From: Candidatus Saccharimonadota bacterium | GTDB lineage: Bacteria > Pseudomonadota > Gammaproteobacteria > Enterobacterales > Enterobacteriaceae | DNA length: 32,000 bases | Direction of reading: 5' to 3' | NCBI RefSeq assembly: GCF_039383305.1 | Contig: NZ_CP135009.1 | Span: 360,001 to 392,000, forward strand | Shown: piece after piece, positions 22,043-31,373 of the stretch | Layout: each line of letters starts with the position of its first letter | How positions within the stretch are numbered: the stretch's first letter is position 1 | Position numbers and translations under genes: made by a program | The notes under the pieces: model-generated | The model's input: only the letters and a program-made list of their open reading frames with translations | The model's database searches: none | Told to the model about the DNA's origin: nothing

Positions 22043-22711
22043 TTAATACAATAAAAATTTTTTAAAATTTTCTAAAGTTTTTTTATAATTTTTAGTTTTA
22101 AAAATAGAAGTACCTAATACAATTACATCTACTCCTAATAAAACTAATTTTTGAATATTTTTTAACGTAATTCCACCATCTACTTCTAAAATAATATTTT
22201 TTTTTTTTCTATCTAAAATTTCTTTTATATAAAAAATTTTCTCAAAAATAAAAGGTAAAAATTTTTGACCACCTAATCCTGGAGTTACGGACATAATTAA
22301 AAGAATATCAATTTGATCTAAAAAATTTTCTACAACACTAAAAGAAGTACTAGGATTTAATGCAATTCCAATTTTACAACCGTAATATTTAATTACTTGA
22401 ATTAATTTTTCTAAATAAAAAGTAGTTTCTGGATGTATAATGATTGTTGTTGCACCAGCATCTGAAAACTGTTTAATTAATAATTCTGTAATAGGATTAA
22501 CCATTAAATGAACTTCTATTGGATGTGTAATATTATTTTTACGTAAAGATTCTAATACTAACGGCCCAAAAGTTATATTAGGTACATAATGATTATCCAT
22601 AACATCAAAATGAATAATATCACCCCCAAATTTTAAAACTTCTTTAACTTCTTCTCCTAATTTAAAAAAATTTGCAGCAAGAATTGATGGAGCTAATAAT
22701 ATTTTTTTCAT
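22043..22711 (-). CDS. rpe: Ribulose-phosphate 3-epimerase
   Basis: 222 aa, with APSILAANF..LGEEV, HFDVMDNHYVPN.TFG, HLMV, V.PG.GGQKF and VDGG motifs of Rpe. Confidence 0.95.
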   Translation of the reverse strand: MKKILLAPSILAANFFKLGEEVKEVLKFGGDIIHFDVMDNHYVPNITFGPLVLESLRKNNITHPIEVHLMVNPITELLIKQFSDAGATTIIIHPETTFYLEKLIQVIKYYGCKIGIALNPSTSFSVVENFLDQIDILLIMSVTPGLGGQKFLPFIFEKIFYIKEILDRKKKNIILEVDGGITLKNIQKLVLLGVDVIVLGTSIFKTKNYKKTLENFKKFLLY

Positions 22712-22740
22712 AAATTAATATATTGAAATCCTTATATCAA

Positions 22741-23859
22741 TTATTTATTTAAATTACTAAAAAATTTTTCTTTTTTTATATTTTTAAAAATTTTTAAAAT
22801 AATATTTGTATCAGATAATTCATAAATTTTTACATTGCCAATATCATAAGGTAAAATTAAAAAAATTTTTCCATTAACTGTCTTTTTATCACGAAACATT
22901 AATCTAATATATTCTTCGCCACACATTTCTAATGGACCTAAAATAGGTAATTTAATTTTCTGAAAAAGATCAATTATTCGCGAAAAATTTTTTAAAGATA
23001 AATATTTTAAATAATATGAAAGATAAGAAGCTAAAACAATACCCGCAGAAACAGCATATCCATGTAACCATGTACTATAACCTGTATATGTTTCAATAGC
23101 ATGAGCAAAACTATGACCTAAATTTAAAAGAGCACGTGAAGAACATTCTTTTTCATCCATTTCTATAATTTTTTTTTTAAATTTACAACATTGTAAAATA
23201 CAATAAGATAATTCTTTTTTTTCTAAATTTAATACTTTAAAAATATTATTTTCTAACCAAATAAAAAAATTTTTATCAAAAATAATTGCATATTTAATAA
23301 CTTCCGAAATTCCAGATAATAACTCTTTTTTCGATAAAAATTTTAAAAAATTAATATTAATTAAAACTAACTTCGGTTGCCAAAAAGAACCAATCATATT
23401 TTTTCCTAAAATATGATTTACGCCAGTTTTTCCTCCAATAGATGCATCTACTTGAGCTAATAATGTAGTCGGAATTTGAATAAAACTTATACCTCTTTGA
23501 TAAATAGAAGCTACAAAACCTGTAATATCTCCAATAACACCCCCACCAAAAGCAATTAAATTAGTATTCCTATCACATTGATTTTCTAATAAAAAAGATA
23601 AAATCTTATCTACAGTTTTTAAATTTTTATATAATTCACCATCTTTTAAAACAATAATTTTATATTTTATCTTCAAATTTAAAAACATAGATAAAAAATT
23701 ATTTAATAATATTTTTCTTACAGTAAAATTAGTTACAATAATATTTTGTGATCCAAAAAAAAATAAATTTTTAATTTTTTTTTTTGTAAATTTCGGAACA
23801 CCCATATATATTGAATAACTACTATGAGATAAATTAATTTGAATATTTTTTTTACACAT
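22741..23859 (-). CDS. aroB: 3-dehydroquinate synthase
   Basis: 372 aa, with the AroB motifs GGGVIGDITGF.AS.YQRG..FIQIPTTLLAQVDAS.GGKTGVNH..GKNMIG.F.QP and NLGHSFAHAIE. aroK-aroB operon order. Confidence 0.95.
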   Translation of the reverse strand: MCKKNIQINLSHSSYSIYMGVPKFTKKKIKNLFFFGSQNIIVTNFTVRKILLNNFLSMFLNLKIKYKIIVLKDGELYKNLKTVDKILSFLLENQCDRNTNLIAFGGGVIGDITGFVASIYQRGISFIQIPTTLLAQVDASIGGKTGVNHILGKNMIGSFWQPKLVLININFLKFLSKKELLSGISEVIKYAIIFDKNFFIWLENNIFKVLNLEKKELSYCILQCCKFKKKIIEMDEKECSSRALLNLGHSFAHAIETYTGYSTWLHGYAVSAGIVLASYLSYYLKYLSLKNFSRIIDLFQKIKLPILGPLEMCGEEYIRLMFRDKKTVNGKIFLILPYDIGNVKIYELSDTNIILKIFKNIKKEKFFSNLNK

Positions 23860-23893
23860 AATAAATACCCATATAAATTTTCAAAACATTAAA

Positions 23894-24430
23894 TTATTTT
23901 TTAAAATTTTTTAATAATTTGACAATTTGATAAACAACAATTTTTGGAGTTTTAAAATTAGTATCAATAATAAAATCTGAAATAGATTGATATAAAGGGT
24001 CGCGTATATTTGCTAAATTTTCCAAAATTTTTTTTTTATTTTTTTGTTTTTCTAAAAAATTTAAAAGAGGTCTTTTTTTATCTAATGGGATTCGAATTAA
24101 CTGTTTTTCTACTGTAATTTTTAAATAAATTACAATACCGTATTTTACTAAATATTTTCTTGAAAATTTAGATAATACACAACCTCCTCCAGTTGCTAAA
24201 ACAATATTTTTTTTTTGAGTAAGATGTTGAATCATCTTTTCTTCACGAATACGAAAACCACTTTCCCCCTCTAAATCAAAAATCCAAGAAATGTCTACTC
24301 CAGTACACTTCTCAATTTCAAGGTCTGAATCATAAAAATTCATATTCAAGAATTTTGCTAATTGACGCCCAATAGTGCTTTTTCCTGCACCCATAGGACC
24401 TACTAAAAAAATATTCTGTTTTTCGATCAT
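23894..24430 (-). CDS. aroK: Shikimate kinase I
   Basis: 178 aa, [36 protein letters not shown] is near-identical to the E. coli AroK N-terminus, including the Walker A motif. Confidence 0.95.
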   Translation of the reverse strand: MIEKQNIFLVGPMGAGKSTIGRQLAKFLNMNFYDSDLEIEKCTGVDISWIFDLEGESGFRIREEKMIQHLTQKKNIVLATGGGCVLSKFSRKYLVKYGIVIYLKITVEKQLIRIPLDKKRPLLNFLEKQKNKKKILENLANIRDPLYQSISDFIIDTNFKTPKIVVYQIVKLLKNFKK

Positions 24431-24659
24431 AAAAAATTATCGCCAAAAAAATTAAAATAAAAAAATCTTTTTACAACACAATTTTATTATTTAAAAATTA
24501 TAATTTCTAAATTTTATAAAAAAATTAAAAATAAAATTTATAACAAAATAATTTATTTTATTAAAAAAAAAGTAATTATCTATTTTAAAAATATAGTTTA
24601 TAAAAAATAAATATAAAAATTTTAAAAAAATTAAAATTATAAAAATTTTTTAAAAAAAC

Positions 24660-24688
24660 TTGACCTATTTAAAATTTCTATTATTATA
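24660..24688 (+). promoter_or_regulatory. Candidate sigma70-type promoter for tRNA-Ser
   Basis: TTGACC (24660-24665), a 16-nt spacer, then TATTAT (24682-24687), about 45 nt upstream of the tRNA. TTGAC is one of the few non-A/T words in a 302-nt spacer. -10-like hexamers occur by chance everywhere in this composition, so the call is tentative. Confidence 0.3.
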
Positions 24689-24732
24689 GCTACTAACTAT
24701 AAAAAACTCAAATAAAAATATTTTTTAAAAAT

Positions 24733-24818
24733 GGTGAGATGTCTGAGTGGTTGAAAGAGCATGCTTGGAAAGTATGTATACATTTTTATGTATCAAGGGT
24801 TCGAATCCCTTTCTCACC
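24733..24818 (+). tRNA. serW: tRNA-Ser (anticodon GGA), class II with long variable arm; CCA not encoded
   Basis: GGTGAGA/TCTCACC acceptor stem and TCT/AGA D stem. CATGC/GTATG anticodon stem with loop TTGGAAA (anticodon GGA). 18-nt variable arm (ATACA/TGTAT stem). AAGGG-TTCGAAT-CCCTT T arm. Colinear with E. coli tRNA-Ser(GGA). TAA follows the discriminator position. Confidence 0.95.
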
Positions 24819-24859
24819 TAAATTTTTAAATATTGATATTTTTTATTATAAAAAATTTA

Positions 24860-25441
24860 TTAAAAATATGATGTAGATGTAAATTTATGTAACGTAATAT
24901 CTTTAATTCCAATAATTTCTGGAAATTCTTTTAATAAAATTTTTTCAATATTTTCTTTTAGAGTAATATTACTCATTGAGCAACCATTACAACCTCCAAT
25001 AAATTTTAATAAAACCCAATTTTTAGTATCAATTTTAATAAAAATTACACTTCCATTATGCTTTAACAACATAGGATTAATTACAGTAAAAAAAAAATGT
25101 TTAATCCTATCTTTTAAAGAAGAATTATTTTTTAATATAGGAAATTTTTTTACAAATGGTGCTTTTAAAGTAATTTGAGTTTCTAAATCATTAGAAATTA
25201 AATTTACTTCAGCATTTTTTAAATATGGCAAAAAAATTTTTTTTACATATACAAAAGTACTTAATAATACAATTTTATAATCTATTTCTAAATTTACTTC
25301 TTCAATATCACAAAAAGACAAACTACAATTAGCTGCTTCTGTACCTGGAAATTCTACCGAAATTCGAATATACGTATTTAAAGGTTGATTTTTTAATAAT
25401 TTAATAAAATGTAATTTTACTTCTTCAGAAAATTTAATCAT
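24860..25441 (-). CDS. nfuA: Fe/S biogenesis protein NfuA (YhgI)
   Basis: 193 aa, colinear with E. coli NfuA. The C-terminal Nfu domain carries FIGGCNGCSMSNITLKENIEKILLKEFPE (CxxC cluster-binding motif). Confidence 0.9.
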   Translation of the reverse strand: MIKFSEEVKLHFIKLLKNQPLNTYIRISVEFPGTEAANCSLSFCDIEEVNLEIDYKIVLLSTFVYVKKIFLPYLKNAEVNLISNDLETQITLKAPFVKKFPILKNNSSLKDRIKHFFFTVINPMLLKHNGSVIFIKIDTKNWVLLKFIGGCNGCSMSNITLKENIEKILLKEFPEIIGIKDITLHKFTSTSYF

Positions 25442-25562
25442 ATTAAAATTTTAATTTCCTATAAAAATATTGAATATATAAAAAAATATTTTTTTATCTA
25501 TAAATTTTATAAAAAATCATATATAATGATATTTTTAATTTAATAATATTTTTTAATAATTT

Positions 25563-26345
25563 ATGAAAAAAATTTTTTACTCAATTCAAGGTAAGGGAAA
25601 AATTCCAATTATTTTATTACATGGTTGGGGATTAGATTCAAATATATGGAAAAATTTTTTATTTTTATTTTCTTCACAATATACTATATATATAATAGAT
25701 TTTCCAGGATATGGTAAAAATTTTTTCTTAAAAAATATGTCTTTTAAAGAAATTTCAAAATTTTTATTAAAAATCATTCCAAAAAAAGTCATATGGATAG
25801 GATGGTCATTAGGAGGGTTATTAGCTACATACATGAGTTATTACTTTCCAAAACGAACTTATGGAACAATTCTGATAACCTCTTCTCCGTATTTTTTAAA
25901 AACAAAAAAGTGGCCTGGAATTTCTAAAAAAATTCTTAAAAATTTAAAAAAAAAAATGATTTTTTCTTATGAAAATTTTTTAAAAGAATTTTATTTTTCA
26001 CAAATGTATATTTATGAAAAAAAAAAAAACAAAAATCAATATATAAATTTAAAAAAATTTTTAAAACATCAACCATCTTCCTACACAATTAATTATGGAT
26101 ATCAATGGTTAATTAAAATTGATAATAGAAAAAAAATTCTAAATTTAAAAACTCCAATTTTTAGGATTTATGGTGAATTAGATTTATTAGTCCCATATAA
26201 AATTGAAAATTATCTTCAAAAATATATTATAAATGGTCAATCATATATTATTCCACATTCAGCTCATATCCCATTTATTTCTCATCCAATAAATTTTACA
26301 AAAATTATAAAAAATATATTTAAAAAAATTTTTTTTCAAAAATAA
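25563..26345 (+). CDS. bioH: Pimeloyl-[acyl-carrier protein] methyl ester esterase BioH (alpha/beta hydrolase)
   Basis: 260 aa, with LLHGWGL, a GWSLGG nucleophile elbow, YGELDLLVP (Asp) and SAHIPFISHP (His). The register matches E. coli BioH. It is divergent from nfuA as in E. coli, minus gntX. Confidence 0.88.
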   Translation: MKKIFYSIQGKGKIPIILLHGWGLDSNIWKNFLFLFSSQYTIYIIDFPGYGKNFFLKNMSFKEISKFLLKIIPKKVIWIGWSLGGLLATYMSYYFPKRTYGTILITSSPYFLKTKKWPGISKKILKNLKKKMIFSYENFLKEFYFSQMYIYEKKKNKNQYINLKKFLKHQPSSYTINYGYQWLIKIDNRKKILNLKTPIFRIYGELDLLVPYKIENYLQKYIINGQSYIIPHSAHIPFISHPINFTKIIKNIFKKIFFQK

Positions 26346-26366
26346 AAGCATAAAAAATAAATTTTA

Positions 26367-26903
26367 TTAAAATGGAATTTCATCCTCAAAATCTATTTTA
26401 GAAGTTGTATCAATTAAATTTTTTTGTTTTTTATATTCTTCTTTTACAGGATTCGAAGCATATTGTTTTTCAATTTTATTAATACCTTTTTCTAAAGTAT
26501 CTGAAGAATATTTTAATACTTTTTCTTTATCTTTAACATAATTTTGATTAGAATTTCTATTACCTAACATCTGCATTGTTCCCGTAATATTAACAATAAT
26601 TTCAGTAATATATCTATCAATACCATTTTGATCTTGCCATTTTCGAGTTTGTAACGTACCTTCAATATAAATTTGAGAACCTTTATGTAAATATTGAGCT
26701 GCTATTTCAGCTAATTTTCCAAAAACTACAATACGATGCCATTCAGTCTTTTCTTTTAATTCTCCAGTATTCTTATCTTTCCAATTTTCTGACGTAGCAA
26801 TTGTCATATTTAATACAGCTCCACCATTAGGCATATAACGAATTTCAGGATCTTGCCCTAAATTTCCAATTAATATTACTTTGTTAATTCCTCTACTAGC
26901 CAT
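26367..26903 (-). CDS. ssb: Single-stranded DNA-binding protein
   Basis: The ATG at 26901-26903 gives [30 protein letters not shown] (178 aa), matching the E. coli SSB N-terminus exactly in register. The C-terminal acidic tip is DFEDEIPF. The track ORF's 23-codon upstream extension has no homology. Confidence 0.95.
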   Translation of the reverse strand: MASRGINKVILIGNLGQDPEIRYMPNGGAVLNMTIATSENWKDKNTGELKEKTEWHRIVVFGKLAEIAAQYLHKGSQIYIEGTLQTRKWQDQNGIDRYITEIIVNITGTMQMLGNRNSNQNYVKDKEKVLKYSSDTLEKGINKIEKQYASNPVKEEYKKQKNLIDTTSKIDFEDEIPF

Positions 26904-27085
26904 ATAATATAACTCACTTAATAAAAATTCATATTTAAAATTATTATAAATAATATCATAAAAAAAAATCAAGAGATATAAAATTTTTATTCTTTTAAAA
27001 ATTACTTTTTAAAAATAAAAATTTTCTCAAAATATAAAAAATTTTAATATTATAAAAAATAAATTATTTCTTAAAAGGAAAAAAA

Positions 27086-28084
27086 ATGCCAGCAAAAAAT
27101 AAATATCCTTATAAATTTTCTGTTGCCCCTATGTTAAATTATACAGATTTTTATTGTCATTTTTTTTATCGACAATTAACACAAAAAACTTTATTATATA
27201 CTGAAATGTATACTACAAAACAAATTATCCATCAATTCATTAATACTAATATAAAAATATATCCACCTACATCACTACAATTAGCTGGAAATAATATAAA
27301 AGAATTTATAATTTGCGCAAAATGGGCTGAAAAAATTGGATTTAATGAAATTAATATTAATTTAGGATGTCCATCAAAAAGCGCTCAAAAAGGAAATTTT
27401 GGAATATGTTTAATGAATCAACCCGAAATTGTATTTAAAATTATTCAAGAACTTTATTATACTATTTCTCTTCCAATTAGTGTAAAAATAAGATTAGGAA
27501 TTACTAAAAAAAATAATTTTTATTTTTTAAAAAATTTTATTCAAGAAATATCAAAAAAAAAATACTGTAAAAGATTTGTTATACATGCTAGAAATGCTGA
27601 TTTAACATTAACTAAAACATATCAAAATAGAAATATACCGCCTTTAAATTACTCATATGTATATAAAATTAAAAAATATTTTCCAAAATTAATAATAATT
27701 TTAAATGGAGGATTACAAAATATTAATAATGATATTAAACATTTAAAAAAATTAGATGGTATTATGATGGGACGTAAAATTTATAAAAATCCATTAATTT
27801 TAACTAAAATTGATAAAATTATTTTTAATCAAAAAAAAAAATATAATATTTTAAAAATTTTAAGAAAAACAATCCAATATGCAGAAAAAAAAATGAAAAA
27901 AGGTATACATCCTTTTAAAATAATAAAACATTTTTTAAATACTTTTTCAGGTATTTCTAATTCTAAAAAATGGAAAAAATATCTTTTAACAGAACTAAAA
28001 AATACTAAAAATCTTACTAGAACACTTAATGATTCTTTTAAACTATTTTCATTAACAGATTTAAATTCATTTAAAAAATTTTAA
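27086..28084 (+). CDS. dusA: tRNA-dihydrouridine synthase A
   Basis: 332 aa, with FSVAPMLNYTDFYCHFFYRQLT...LLYTEM, INLGCPS (catalytic Cys), HARNA and GIMMGR motifs, colinear with E. coli DusA (YjbN). Confidence 0.9.
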   Translation: MPAKNKYPYKFSVAPMLNYTDFYCHFFYRQLTQKTLLYTEMYTTKQIIHQFINTNIKIYPPTSLQLAGNNIKEFIICAKWAEKIGFNEININLGCPSKSAQKGNFGICLMNQPEIVFKIIQELYYTISLPISVKIRLGITKKNNFYFLKNFIQEISKKKYCKRFVIHARNADLTLTKTYQNRNIPPLNYSYVYKIKKYFPKLIIILNGGLQNINNDIKHLKKLDGIMMGRKIYKNPLILTKIDKIIFNQKKKYNILKILRKTIQYAEKKMKKGIHPFKIIKHFLNTFSGISNSKKWKKYLLTELKNTKNLTRTLNDSFKLFSLTDLNSFKKF

Positions 28085-28242
28085 TTCTAAATATTTTTGT
28101 ATATTTTTTAAAAATCTATATAAAAAATAAAATTCTTTTTTTTAAAAAAATATAATAAACAAAATCATCTGTTCATGAAATTTTTTATCACATATAAAAA
28201 TTTATTTTTTTATATTTTTATTAGGAAAAACTTACTAAAATT

Positions 28243-29625
28243 ATGATAGATAAAATAAATAATTTACCACTATTAAATATTACACCATATTCTTTAGAAG
28301 CAGAACAATCAGTTTTAGGGGGTCTCATGTTAGATAATAAAAAATGGGATTTAATTATTGAACATATTGAAAAAAAAGATTTTTTTAGTAAAAAACATCA
28401 ATTAATTTTTTATGAAATGAAAAATTTAATAGAAAATGGAAATCCAATTGATTTAATTACTCTGTCAGAATCTTTAAGTACCAAAGGAGAATTAAATAAA
28501 ATTGGAAGATTTACTTATTTAGCTGAAATCTCTAAAAACACACCTAGTGTCGCGAATATTGTCACATATGCGGAAATTATTAAAGAAAGATCTATTATGA
28601 GAGAAATTATTTCAGTTGCGCATAATATAGCTGATTTTGGATATCATGCTCAAGGCCGCCATAGTTCAGAATTATTAGATTATGCAGAATCTAGTATTTT
28701 TCAAATCTCTGAAAAACAAATAAAAAAAAATCAAGGACCTCAAAATATTGAAAAAGTATTAGAAATCACAATCACTGCTATTGAAAAATTATTTCAAACA
28801 CCAAATGATGGTATTACAGGAATTAATACTGGATATCATGATTTAAATAAAAAAACTTCAGGATTACAAAAATCAGATTTAATTATTTTAGCTGCTAGAC
28901 CTTCAATGGGAAAAACAGCATTTGCAATGAATTTATGTGAAAATGCTGCTATGATTTATGATACACCAATTTTAATTTTTAGTTTAGAAATGCCAAGTGA
29001 ACAAATTATGATTCGTATGTTAGCATCATTATCTCGAGTAGATCAATCTAAAATTCGTTCAGGACAACTTACTCATCAAGAATGGAGTAGAATCTCAAGT
29101 ACAATTAATATTTTATTAAAAAAAAAAAATATTTATATTGATGACTCTTCTGACTTAACGCCTAATATCTTAAGATCACGTGCCAGAAGAATTCATCGTG
29201 AAAATCATGGTTTAACTTTAATTATGATTGATTATTTACAACTAATAAAAATTCCACATTTATCTAATAATCGTACACTAGAAATTGCTGAAATTTCCCG
29301 AACTTTAAAATCTTTGGCAAAAGAACTTAATGTTCCAATTATAGCTTTATCACAACTTAATAGATCTTTAGAACAAAGAACCGATAAAAAACCAGTAAAT
29401 TCAGATTTAAGAGAATCAGGATCTTTAGAACAAGATGCAGATCTTATTATGTTTATTTATCGTGATGAAATTTATAATCAAAATAGTGATTTAAAAGGTA
29501 TTGCAGAAATTATTATTGGAAAACAAAGAAATGGACCAACAGGAACTATTAAATTAACATTTAATGGGCAATGGTCTAGATTCGATAATTATGCAAATCC
29601 TCAATATCATAAAAAAAATTTATAA
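28243..29625 (+). CDS. dnaB: Replicative DNA helicase DnaB
   Basis: 460 aa, with the N-terminal PYSLEAEQSVLGGLMLDN, Walker A AARPSMGKTAF, IDYLQL, SQLNRSLEQR and IIGKQRNGPTG motifs. Confidence 0.97.
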   Translation: MIDKINNLPLLNITPYSLEAEQSVLGGLMLDNKKWDLIIEHIEKKDFFSKKHQLIFYEMKNLIENGNPIDLITLSESLSTKGELNKIGRFTYLAEISKNTPSVANIVTYAEIIKERSIMREIISVAHNIADFGYHAQGRHSSELLDYAESSIFQISEKQIKKNQGPQNIEKVLEITITAIEKLFQTPNDGITGINTGYHDLNKKTSGLQKSDLIILAARPSMGKTAFAMNLCENAAMIYDTPILIFSLEMPSEQIMIRMLASLSRVDQSKIRSGQLTHQEWSRISSTINILLKKKNIYIDDSSDLTPNILRSRARRIHRENHGLTLIMIDYLQLIKIPHLSNNRTLEIAEISRTLKSLAKELNVPIIALSQLNRSLEQRTDKKPVNSDLRESGSLEQDADLIMFIYRDEIYNQNSDLKGIAEIIIGKQRNGPTGTIKLTFNGQWSRFDNYANPQYHKKNL

Positions 29626-29706
29626 TATTTTTAAGAAATATTATTTTTTTTAAAAAAAAGTATTTTATTATATATTAAACAATTTTTTATAAAATTACTA
29701 AAAATT

Positions 29707-30138
29707 ATGATTATTTTAGGCTTCGATTATGGTGTAAAAAATATTGGTTTAGCTATTGCAGAAACAACATTATTTTATGCATATCCTATTCAAAGTATTA
29801 AAACTCCAAAAAAAAATACACAATGGAAAATAATTCAAAAAATATTATTAAAATGGCTTCCACAATATTTAATTGTAGGATATCCTTTAAATAATCAAGG
29901 AAAAAAATTTAATATAACTAAAAAAATTGAAAAATTTAAAAAAAAATTAGAAAAAAAATATAATCTTCCAGTAAAATTTCATAATGAATATTTAACTACA
30001 AAAATAGCTAAATCTATTTTATTTCAAAAAGGAGGTTACAAAAAATTACAAAAAAATTGTATTCATTCTGCATCTGCAGTTTTAATTTTAGAAGGTTGGT
30101 TAGATATCTATAAAAAAAAAAATCATATTAAAATTTAA
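29707..30138 (+). CDS. ruvX: YqgF/RuvX family putative pre-16S rRNA nuclease (Holliday junction resolvase-like)
   Basis: 143 aa, MIILGFDYGVKNIGLAIAE...IVGYPLN..G......K.EKF...L......V.FHNEYLTT..A......GGYK......IHSASAVLILEGW is colinear with E. coli YqgF. Confidence 0.85.
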   Translation: MIILGFDYGVKNIGLAIAETTLFYAYPIQSIKTPKKNTQWKIIQKILLKWLPQYLIVGYPLNNQGKKFNITKKIEKFKKKLEKKYNLPVKFHNEYLTTKIAKSILFQKGGYKKLQKNCIHSASAVLILEGWLDIYKKKNHIKI

Positions 30139-30228
30139 TTTTTTAAAAATTTTTTAAAAAAATTTCTAAAATACTATATATTTATTATTTTTAAAAAATA
30201 TTCCTATAAAAAGAAAATAAATATAATT

Positions 30229-31350
30229 ATGATCAATAATACAAAAAAATTTAAAAGACCAAATATTAGTTTATACATCAATATTCCGAAAGAATATTCT
30301 AACTTTATAAATAAAAAAAATTTTTTTTTAAAGAAAAATAAATATTTAACAGCAATTATTAAAGATTTTAAAAAAAATTTTTTTTTATTATTCTGTAGAC
30401 CTATTTTTTCACTTTTTATTAGTTTAAAAACTACTTTTTTAATACCTTTTCAAGAAATAAAATATTTAATTAAAAATTTTAAAAATTTTTTTTCTAAAAA
30501 AAATATTGAAATTACTATAGAAATTTTTCCTCAAAAAATAAACTATCAAAATCTTATAAAATACTTTAAAATAGGTATAAATCGGATTTCTTTAAATATA
30601 AAAACTTTTAATAAAAAAATTTTAAAAAAATTTAAATGGTCTAATTTTTCTAAAAAATCTTTAAATATACTTTTTAAAAAAAAAATTATAAAAAATTTTA
30701 ATATTGATCTCCAATATGGTATACCTACACAAACTTTAAAAAATGTTATAAAAGATTTAAAAAAAACTTTAAAATATAATCCTACACATATAACTTGGAC
30801 TTTATATTCTAATTCTTTTTCTAAAAATAAAAATTTAAATTTTAAAATTCCTACTCCCTCAGAAATCTCAAAAATGTCTCTAATAGGACATAAAATATTA
30901 ACAAAATATGGATATAAAAAATATGAAATTTCTTCTTATGCAAAACCAAAATATCAATGCCAACATAATTTAAATTATTGGACTTTTCAAGATTATTTAG
31001 GGTTAGGTTGTAAATCTCATAGTAAAATTACAATTTATAAATTTAAAATTTTACGTTTAATAAAACATGAAAAAATTTTAAACTATATTCAAAAATTATA
31101 TTTATTAAAATTTTATTATATAAAAAAAAATGATATTGTATTTGAATTCTTTTTAAATATTTCTTTTTTATTTAAAAAAATATCTTATTTACATTTTAAA
31201 AATATTACACATCATTCAATACTATCAATTAAAAAAAAATTAAAAAAATCTCAAAAAAAAGGATTTTTGATTTTTACAAAAAAAAATATTATAATCACAT
31301 CATTTGGATATAAAAATTTATTTTATTTTTTAGATTTTTTTTTAAATTAA
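30229..31350 (+). CDS. hemW: HemW/YggW-like protein (HemN family) lacking the radical-SAM Cys triad
   Basis: 373 aa. The central and C-terminal part, YEISSYAKPKYQCQHNLNYWTFQDYLGLGCKSHSK, is nearly identical to E. coli YggW as recalled (YETSAYAKPGYQCQHNLNYWRFGDYIGIGCGAHGK). N-terminal alignment (ISLYINIP... vs LSLYIHIPWC...) shows the family but without CxxxCxxC. Confidence 0.8.
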   Translation: MINNTKKFKRPNISLYINIPKEYSNFINKKNFFLKKNKYLTAIIKDFKKNFFLLFCRPIFSLFISLKTTFLIPFQEIKYLIKNFKNFFSKKNIEITIEIFPQKINYQNLIKYFKIGINRISLNIKTFNKKILKKFKWSNFSKKSLNILFKKKIIKNFNIDLQYGIPTQTLKNVIKDLKKTLKYNPTHITWTLYSNSFSKNKNLNFKIPTPSEISKMSLIGHKILTKYGYKKYEISSYAKPKYQCQHNLNYWTFQDYLGLGCKSHSKITIYKFKILRLIKHEKILNYIQKLYLLKFYYIKKNDIVFEFFLNISFLFKKISYLHFKNITHHSILSIKKKLKKSQKKGFLIFTKKNIIITSFGYKNLFYFLDFFLN

Positions 31351-31373
31351 AAATATAAAAAATTATATAAAGA

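Noticed and set aside
25586-25834. 82-aa minus-strand ORF
   Set aside because: Antisense to the N-terminal, motif-bearing part of bioH (LLHGWGL, GWSLGG). Shadow ORF.
26904-26972. The 23-codon upstream extension of ssb; my hand translation of this stretch did not cleanly reproduce the track's peptide
   Set aside because: I probably miscounted an A-run by one base. This does not affect the call, because the conserved MASRG start at 26903 is verified in frame with the stop at 26367.
28175-28246. 23-codon upstream ORF (MKFFITYKNLFFYIFIRKNLLKL) whose TGA overlaps the dnaB ATG (ATGA), a possible coupled leader peptide
   Set aside because: There is no SD upstream of its ATG. At this composition I roughly estimate a 10% chance of an open run of 23 codons, so it is not distinguishable from noise without conservation data.
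30229-31350. Calling hemW a plain pseudogene
   Set aside because: There is no frameshift or internal stop across 373 codons despite the high stop-codon density of A/T-rich DNA, and one block is near-invariant relative to E. coli. I kept it as a CDS with lost catalytic motifs and flagged it as a finding instead.
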